Assembly: GCA_047495785.1 (NCBI GenBank)
Contig: JBLDXI010000121.1
Span: 1-29,223 of the forward strand
DNA: 29,223 nt
Direction: 5' to 3'
DNA from: Lepidodermella squamata
Taxonomy: Eukaryota > Animalia > Gastrotricha
In this document: positions 21,672 through 29,223 of the stretch, piece by piece
Layout of the letters: each line of letters begins with the position of its first letter
Numbering within the stretch: the first letter of the stretch is position 1
Program-made: the position numbers and the translations under genes
Notes under the pieces: model-generated
Databases searched by the model: none
Told to the model about the DNA's origin: nothing
Seen by the model: only the letters and a program-made list of their open reading frames with translations

Positions 21672-21743
21672 GGACCGGTGGCGCAATCGATTAGTGTGCG
21701 TGTTTGGTGATTGTAGTCACTGGTTTGAGTCCCGCCCGCGTCC
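21672..21743 (+). other. tRNA-derived sequence (SINE head or tRNA pseudogene)
   Basis: A-box-like TGGCGCAATCGA, B-box-like GGTTTGAGTCC, terminal GGAC...GTCC pairing over 72 nt, followed by a T-run. The anticodon arm pairs poorly. Confidence 0.55.
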
Positions 21744-21771
21744 GATTTTTCTTTATTTCATACTCCTTAAG

Positions 21772-21820
21772 TGCGGGATGACACTGTGCGGAATGAGCTG
21801 CGGGATGAACTGCGGGATGC
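21772..21820. repeat. Short tandem TGCGGGATG-type repeats (4 copies)
   Basis: tgcgggatga / tgcggaatga / tgcgggatga / tgcgggatgc. Confidence 0.65.
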
Positions 21821-22839
21821 AAAGTTGATTATAAGGCGCTGTATTCTTTTGCTTTTGAAGATCGTTTTCAGGAAAATGTCCTAGCAGACTCAAATCAGTG
21901 CAAACCGGTCTTGAAATCTCAAGAGAACTCAGACCATGCCCTATAGGACTTCGATCTAGCCTTTCAAATCGTATTTACGGTAAATTGAAGACTGATTTCG
22001 TTCGTGATTTTTGTGAACTCAATCACTCTGCGTTTGTCCTCCACCCTTTCCAAGTCGCTGGTCCAAGTCCAAGTGGTTTCGTTCGCTTTTTAAACATGAA
22101 GCAATCACAAATCTAAAAAGTGTCACCGGATGGCCGACGCGTGGATGACGCCTTTGGGATCATAACCAAGAAGGATCGAGGAATTTCGAGCCGGTTTCAA
22201 TAACAGGGAACAGGGACAAGTGTCCTAAACAACCGTAGCACAAATCCAAGAGGCAAGAGGCCGCCAGCGTACAATATTTGTTCTCGCGCCAGAATTGTTC
22301 GAGACTAGTTTCGTCTATATCACCGTGCTCTCGAACGTCTTTTAACAGAGGCCTATTGGATTTGAGCTGCAGTTGTTCGGAGAACACCAACCTATATCTG
22401 AAGTTGTCCTGGATGGTTCTGAATTTTAATTCTTATTTCAATGCAATTCTCATTGGGCTTGGGCCTGGTCCTAGGTGAGGATGGGCATTTGTCATGCGGA
22501 GCTGCCAAGAATTAGATCTAAAAATAACTAATCGCTAATAAGGGTCAAAATTTCATAATTTCAGATCGTTTACGATATTTTTTAAACGTTTTCTAAGGTG
22601 GGTACACACAGCAAATTTGTTGTACCCCTGAAAGTAAAAGGGTACGCATAGCAACTTAGTGGTACCTTTTTCAGGGGGTGCACATAGCCTCGACTCGAGT
22701 AACAAGCTCAGCTTGCAGCCAGCTCAGCTAAACCATGAAGTTCAGGCAAGCAGATCAGCTTAATAGTGCCATTAATAAACTCCCAGAAATTCAATTTGGG
22801 GTTTTGGTTCAAATTTTAGGAAATATTAGAAGTAATTAA

Positions 22840-23125
22840 AACTTATTTTATGGATCTATTACAAGGACTTGAAAAGGAACCTAATAACCCCGACGATGAA
22901 ATTCTATTAGATAAAAATCAAAATTGAACAGAAATTACAGAAATATAAAATGCCATCGACCACATGAAAAACGGTTAAGCCCCGGGTATAGATGAAGTAA
23001 GACCCGAAATGGTCGAACCTCTGAGCGACGCCAATATTGAATGGCTCAGGGAAATTTTGAATTGAGCTTGGATAGATAAGAGAGTCCCAGAAGAAATGGT
23101 CAACGGCTATAATTACCCCAGTTGC
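22840..23125 (+). mobile_element. Degenerate non-LTR retrotransposon (LINE, RTE-like) ORF2 fragment
   Basis: Translates, with stops and a frameshift, to TEI*NAIDHMKNG*APGIDEVRPEM...IEWLREILN*AWIDKRVPEE/WSTAIITPV, the conserved region just upstream of LINE reverse transcriptases. Confidence 0.8.
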
Positions 23126-23958
23126 CTGAGGATCAATCTTCGCCTGCCTTCGCCTCTTCAAAACCGGGAACGGTACTAGACGCTCAGTCACGAAGAGTAA
23201 AGAGTAAAGATCATTATTATTATATTTCAATTAATCATGTTTTCATAATTTGTCAGGTGTATTCCGTCATTTTCATCAACTGCTTCATCCAGTTTCATCC
23301 AGTTTATTGCGATGTGAGGTCTTTTATTTTGTTTTTTTTGCTGCTTTGCCGAATGACCGCACGCGATTGGCTGCTGAGTGCTCCCGTCTGACTCGAGTCG
23401 AGGTCGCGGTTGGACTTTGAGTCGCTTTCGTCCTGGGTCAGGTCGTTTTCTTGTTGACCTAGTTCCGGATTCGAAGACATGCTCGCCCAGTTTGCATTGA
23501 AAAGACGATGATGACTGATTCAAGGGCATCGCACTATTAAGAATAGAAAACCAAATTTCCAATTAATTAATTAGAGCGCCCAGTTCTTGCTTTTTCGCAG
23601 TAATGCATATTTTAATCGAATTTGAATTTTTTCGCACTGATGCCCTGTTATCGATGAATGACAACCGTTTTTTTCTTCTATTTTTGTGCGTAGCGCGCCG
23701 CAATGATACTGATGGCGCTGAGGTCGTGGGGTCGGTGACCTTTTGCTCATTTATTAAATGGCGATTGGCGATGAATGAAAACTATTCACAAAAACTACAA
23801 CTAAAAAAATAATCCGTCACCTACAATGGAAATTATTTCCACGTGCCTGAAAATATAGCCACGCGCTTCCGTCTCAAAATTCAAAACATGTTTTTAATAA
23901 TTGTTCATTCCAAACGCTGATTTCACTTTTATTATTTCCACGCTTACTTTGTGTGATA

Positions 23959-24349
23959 ATGAAGCCAATTTTCCTCGTCTTTTTCTTCGCAATCGATACG
24001 GTTCGGTGTGGCGAATGGGCTCGCTGCTTCTCGCAATTCGACGATACGTTCACGAGTTGCCGCGAATTACCAAACGGCTGTTTTCAATTGAGCGAATACC
24101 AGGTTAATAATTTCTAACCTGCCTAAATAATTTTCAAGTTGTTCTCTTTCACCAGCTCGGCGGAAGTTGGTCGGATAAATCAAAGTGCATGACATCGGTG
24201 AGTTTCTTTTTTCGATTGTGTTTGCGGCTTGAATTGTTAATTGAATTGTGTTACATCCACAGACTGCTAGATTGTGCTACCGATTGGCGACTCAGGCAGC
24301 GATATGCCGACCGGGCATCCCTGGCTGTGCGAAAGAAGGCGAGATCATG
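23959..24349 (+). CDS. Secreted Cys-rich micro-exon protein, paralog B, exons 1-3
   Basis: Exons 23959-24102 (MKPIFLVFFFAIDTVRCGEWARCFSQFDDTFTSCRELPNGCFQLSEYQ), 24156-24197 (LGGSWSDKSKCMTS) and 24263-24349 (TARLCYRLATQAAICRPGIPGCAKEGEIM). Intron positions and the Cys pattern are the same as in paralog A. Confidence 0.8.
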
Positions 24350-25220
24350 GTTAGTTGAAATTTCAATTTTCTTTCATGAAGACGATTCATGATTTTTTTG
24401 GAAAATTTAACAAATTTTCACCATTCCGAATTTATCTGGACGTGATTGCGTCACGCACACCTAGATTTTAACGCTCGCTGTGATCAAGTAGCCAATCATC
24501 CTAACACACTTTGTGTACGCTTAGCCAGTGCGCGATAAACAAACCAGTGCTCACAGAGCCGCGTCAAATTTTCCAATTCTTGATTCGAGTTATCATTCGA
24601 GTTGGATTTTGAGCTGTTTATGCCGATTTTTGAATATCATGGCGGCATTGCCTTTGAAGAAGACATGTAGAGATTTTATGGGATCATGGAGGTCCGTGAT
24701 CTATGGATAGGATCCAAACATTGAATTTCCATGTCAGTTATCAGTTATGATAAATTGTTGAATAAGTTGTTGAATATGCGACTATTTTCTGGAAAAGGCC
24801 CAAAAACTCGGCGGCCTTTAATCGGATGCGGTTCTTATCCTTATTAATCTGATCGAAAAGTAGCATGAGCTGACCCACTAAGGTGCGGGTCGTCAAGCTA
24901 TAGCATACCTCGGAAAAACTTCGTCATACATTTCTCAGATATTTTACGCGAAAATCACTAATTATAGCAGTCAACCGTGGCGATTTTCGCCAAAAGAGCC
25001 ACATTTCCATTTTTTCGAATCGGCGGTGTCCGCTCATACTTCATTTTTTTAGCTCATGAAATTCTTGCGACAAACCAGGCTGGTTTTCGTCAACTCATCG
25101 CAGACCGAAATTCATCCTCAAAAGCTGTTTTCATCAAGGATTTTGCATCTCTGTGTTCACGTAATTTACCGTATTTTACGAATTATTAGGCAGGACCCAA
25201 ATGTAGGACAGAACCGGAAT

Positions 25221-26514
25221 GCACATTTACGGATCCGCGGTGGTTTCCTCCGGCCACTAAAAAGCCGTGAAAGGCTAGTTTTCCATAATAATTATTTGCT
25301 TACACGCTATTGGTCGATTCAAAAATAAACGCGGGAACCGCACTAATGCCACTGTAAAACAAAACAACGGTTGACTTTGCAGGTTTGTGGCTAAAAGTCA
25401 AGACCGACGGATATATTAAGACGGGAATATTAAGACCTACATCCTACATTCTCACAAACTGCAAAAATTGACTTATTGTGAAAATTACTCCACTAAGAAA
25501 TGAATAAATTATTTATTTCGAAAGAAAAATTTAGCAAAAATTATTGGAAAAAATAAGCCAAGGCTTCAATTTGCAAGCAATTTAAATCACCTTGATGCGA
25601 CAAATTTTACGCTTGGCATTTTGCAAAATTATAAATAAAAATTGCCTAATATCCATTTGCTGCTTTTAAATCGATGGCCACAAATTAAGTTATAATTTTC
25701 AATTGAATGGCAGAAAGAAATACCCCTATTTTTTTTAATTTCGAAGGCCCAATTTTATCGTTAATTTTTGTCGAAATAAGAACGGAAGATGATCGCAATG
25801 CACGCACTGAGCTGGCTGCAAGCCATTCATAACTTGTGTGTAGTGACCTAATTAATAAATGCGCGGAAATTGTTGTGTGTTGCAAAAAATAGCGTTAGCA
25901 AGTTTTATTGCTATGTGATATTTTACTACTGAAGGAAAAAAACTATAGCCACGAAAGCAGCATGAACGAACGTAAAAACTGCCATACTGTAATGTGTAAT
26001 GACTTGTGACAACCTCACCCGTATAAAACAAAAAACTTGTTATTGATATTCAAAATTCTAGTCCACCTGTGATTTAGCGTCCAGTTTTTCCGCGCTTTTC
26101 ATTGACAATTTTCGTTGAATTTTTGGGCGATCGTTTTGGGTGATTATGCCAAATTTTTCTAATTTTCAGCCAGGAAAATGTTGATATTCGGGTGAAAATC
26201 ACAGCCTTTGCAAATTTTTCCAATTATTGATTTCACTGTATTTGGGATTTTTTGGAAAATTGTTCCAATCATTTTCACATAAAATCCACTTGTAACAGCA
26301 TCTAAAAATGAGGCTCTTCTATTTGCGCCGGTCTGCATTATTAACCATGAATCTGTGAAGTCGACGGTTATTTTGTTTCGCTGTGGCATTAATGCGACTC
26401 CCGCGCTTATTTTTGAATCGACCAATAGCGTGCGGGCAATTAATTGTTAGTGAAAACTAGCATTTCGCGGCTTTTTAGTGACCGGAGGAAACCACCGCGG
26501 ATCCGTAAATGTGC
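25221..26514. mobile_element. Non-autonomous Mutator-like element (MULE), 1,294 bp
   Basis: Imperfect ~185-bp TIRs starting GCACATTTACGGATCCGCGGTGGTTTCCTCCGG; perfect 9-bp TSD AACCGGAAT at 25212-25220 and 26515-26523. Confidence 0.85.
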
Positions 26515-26649
26515 AACCGGAATAAAGGGCAGACAGCAATGATCATTTGAAATAATAAAGGGCAGAACTGTATTAATAGCTCAATTCCAGGCCCATATTA
26601 GTTCCGTCCAGTCGGAGGGTAAAAGTGGACAAAACGCGCACAACTATGG

Positions 26650-27013
26650 AAATTTCAAGGCCGCGTGCGGTAAAGTCAAAGGGCAAATTTTGATTATTTA
26701 GGCGGTTTTTATACCAAAAGAAAGTTCCGAAAATTCTCTATCGACTAGATATGGATTTCTCGCGTGAAGAATTAACGGAAAAACGTTTACCGCACATCCG
26801 AACTTTTGACAAGCGAGTGGGCGAGCTCTCAACTCGCGCGCAAAATTTCAGGTGCGCGTACCTTTTTTGTACTTTTAAACTTTTTATTTGAATTTTTTCG
26901 AGCGAGAACCCCATGTTCAATCGATAGTGAATTGTCTGAATTTTTTTTGGTATAAAAACCGACGCAATATTTGAAAGTAACCCTGTTGCATCTTCGCGCG
27001 CGGTTTAAAATTT
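26650..27013. mobile_element. Old hairpin (MITE-like) inverted repeat
   Basis: 26650-26765 (CGGTTTTTATACCAAAAGAAAGTTCCGAAAATTCTCTATCGA) is an imperfect reverse complement of 26900-27013. Confidence 0.6.
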
Positions 27014-27473
27014 GTTAAAAATCAGGACTTGGCTCGTGCGCATCAGTTGAATTATTTATATGAAGTGGCTTACATTAGCGCCTGCTGGGCAAGTGGTGTT
27101 AGTTGGATAGGTTGCGATTTTCGTCAGTATGTGCGTTAATCGTTTTTTATTCTTTATCCACCTTAATCCACTTGAGCATACACGCCACGTTACGTCACGG
27201 ATGGAAGGCAGTAGCTATAGCTGTTTTATCTAGGTTGATCTAGGTATTTTTCCGTGACTGAATAGCTTCAAATAAATAAAAAGCAGAACCGAAATAGAGG
27301 GCAGACCCTAAATACAGGGCAAAATACGGTAGGTATGTTTAGGTATGTTGGATAATTCGAACCGATCAAACAAGTGAAGCGAGAAAATTTTCACGCATCT
27401 TTCACCTATTAAAATGAAGAAAAAAGGGGAAATGGGCAATCTGATTTCACACTTAGCACGCAGTCACAACCCT

Positions 27474-27557
27474 CCGCGTGCCATTTTTGGCACGCATGCC
27501 AATTAGTTTTCTTAGAGTGCCACGATTGGCTCGCATGCCAGGGTATGAGAACCACTG
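27474..27557. mobile_element. Probable hAT-type transposon end fragment
   Basis: CGCGTGCCATTTTTGGCACGC subterminal palindrome and a GAGAACCACTG terminus (reverse complement CAGTGGTTCTC). The other end was not found. Confidence 0.35.
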
Positions 27558-28252
27558 CTTTAGATGAACAGTAATTAGCCTTAAAAGATCAAATTCGGCT
27601 CCGTGACTTTGATTGAAGACAATTACTGTCAATTACAGATTGCAGCCTCAGTTATTACTCCGAGGTGGATTCACAAGAGATTAAGAAAATTTAACAGGGA
27701 GACGGTTTTACGCCTCGATGCACAGAGGATTTGTTTTTTTTTAAATGGATCTCAAAACCTCCATAGCAACAATAGCCAAAATGCTCGAAATTTGGGACGT
27801 GTTGAGGGTGGCTAGATAAACCCTCGCCGGCCAGCAGAGGTGTGCCACTCTTGAATTGCGGCCGGACGGATCTTTCGACGGCTTCAATCCAGTAGTTTAC
27901 AAAAAGGGGCCAAGGTACAAGTCGGCCAAGGGGTCAAGCAGTAATGTCACAGGAAAGGTCGCCAGCGGCGGCGATGAAAATAGGACATCTGATCTGCCAG
28001 GTATGCATGAATCGAAAGAAAACATTTTGCTGGAAGAGGAAATAGTTTTAGAACCACTTTTTTTAGAGCAGTGATTTCATCCCTTCATGGCCAAAACGCG
28101 TCTTAAATTCTGAGGTGAACCCATGTCCTTTTATTTCAGCCTTAGAAAATTCAGTATTTACGGTTGTTTCTTCCGAAGAAAAAACGTGCACTCTTAATCC
28201 CATGTTTCTATCGCTGTCATTCTGCCACTAACGTTAGCATTTTAAATTATAG

Positions 28253-28582
28253 ATCGGCAGCTCTTACAACGGCTTTTTACCGCTGAGAAATAACATGTAC
28301 AATTGTACTACGGATTTGAACCGATTTCTGGTAATAAATCATGACTTATTTTGATAACTTGACACAAATCGAATGAACAGAAACAGAGATTTGACTCATG
28401 TGTCGATTCGGCTCAGCAATTCGTCACATGCATTCCTAGCAATTTTCCCTGCTCCAATGCTACGGTAATCTTTCGCCGCCAAATTGTACCTTTTAATACC
28501 TTCTGTTTTTCAGGTGAAAGGGAAAACAGGGTTCGCTAGCTTGGATGCGTGTCTTCAAAATTTCGGCAGTAAGTTTGTTTGA
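28253..28582 (+). CDS. Downstream exons of Cys-rich paralog B (or of an adjacent family member)
   Basis: Exons 28253-28330 (IGSSYNGFLPLRNNMYNCTTDLNRFL) and 28381-28464 (KQRFDSCVDSAQQFVTCIPSNFPCSNAT) match the paralog A exons at 18685-18608 and 18554-18480. A further exon from 28514 reads VKGKTGFASLDACLQNFG, ending at a donor at 28569 or a stop at 28582. Confidence 0.7.
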
Positions 28583-29223
28583 TATTCTATATTCTACGGA
28601 CTACGGATGATTTTCATTTCACTGAGATAAGTCAGGGTCACCCTGGCTTTGAGATACCAGCCCTGGATTTCAACCACAAATTATTTCAAGTTAATCTTAT
28701 GCCCTAGAATCTCAATCTTAGTATCGACCCCAGCCGATAGATTTTAATGTTACGCGTAATTGCGCTACCTGCCATCGGTTTTCGCGTTATCTTCAGCCTG
28801 CAAAGCCATCGTGGATTGCTAATTTCATAGTAGCGATAGTACAAAAGGAGAAACAGGTGGATTCTTCCCCTAATTTTGAGTTTTTTCTGCCACATAAAAT
28901 CAAAAATTGTATATAATATCAGGGTGTACATTCATAGAGGATACGATGATGAATATGGGCCCTGAAGCTAGCTTTAAAGTTCCGAGGCGCAGCCGGAATA
29001 GCGGGCTGAATATCCATCGATACCCAACCATGGCACCCGGATATGGTCGAACATCATCAAATCAGGATACGCTTTATGTATCGCTAGGCCGAATGTTTCT
29101 TCCCGGAGTCATTAGATCGATCCAGTATCTAGTGACTAGTGTCTAATCAGCGTGCGCAGTTGAAAAATATACTTTCGAGTGGTTCCATAATGAGCAAGTT
29201 AATTTAATCGGGATTAGAAAGTT

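Larger units (their letters stand above)
25169..27329. mobile_element. Non-autonomous Tc1/mariner (Tc2/pogo-like) element with CCGTATTTT termini, carrying nested insertions
   Basis: TA|CCGTATTTT at 25167-25177 and AAAATACGG|TA at 27321-27331; subterminal (A)GGGCAGA(A)C-like repeats near both ends and at 26524-26570. Confidence 0.55.

Noticed and set aside
22689-23403. Short inverted repeat CTCGACTCGAGT / ACTCGAGTCGAG around the LINE fragment as TIRs
   Set aside because: Only ~13 bp, partly self-palindromic, and no TSD found.
27603-29146. Short ORFs at 27603-27815, 27856-28074 and 28907-29146
   Set aside because: No recognisable motifs and no match to paralog A exons.

Overview
Eukaryotic, probably invertebrate-animal, genomic DNA with short (~50-90 nt) GT-AG introns. 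The left 10.4 kb holds four genes: an intronless ankyrin-repeat protein with an apparent signal peptide, an intronless SOCS-box protein, a 5'-incomplete cytochrome P450 with GliC-like motifs, and a complete 6-exon ABCB1/P-glycoprotein-type transporter (~1281 aa, minus strand). Upstream of the transporter is an array of diverged promoter copies and a relic copy of exon 1. The centre is a 5,574-bp near-perfect palindrome (12884-18457) with ~2.68-kb arms, a 222-bp spacer, CAGGGTG termini and a TA target duplication. It reads as a non-coding Tc1/mariner-type foldback element with a two-tier arm structure, inserted in an intron of a micro-exon gene the ORF track misses. That gene (minus, 19531 to 18480 and beyond) and an inverted paralog (plus, 23959 to ~28580) encode secreted, Cys-rich modular proteins I cannot assign to a known family. 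The rest is TE debris: a LINE RT fragment, a tRNA-derived SINE-like head, and a MULE with a 9-bp TSD nested in a CCGTA-type Tc1/pogo element. All alignments were done by eye, and family assignments come from remembered motifs, not searches.
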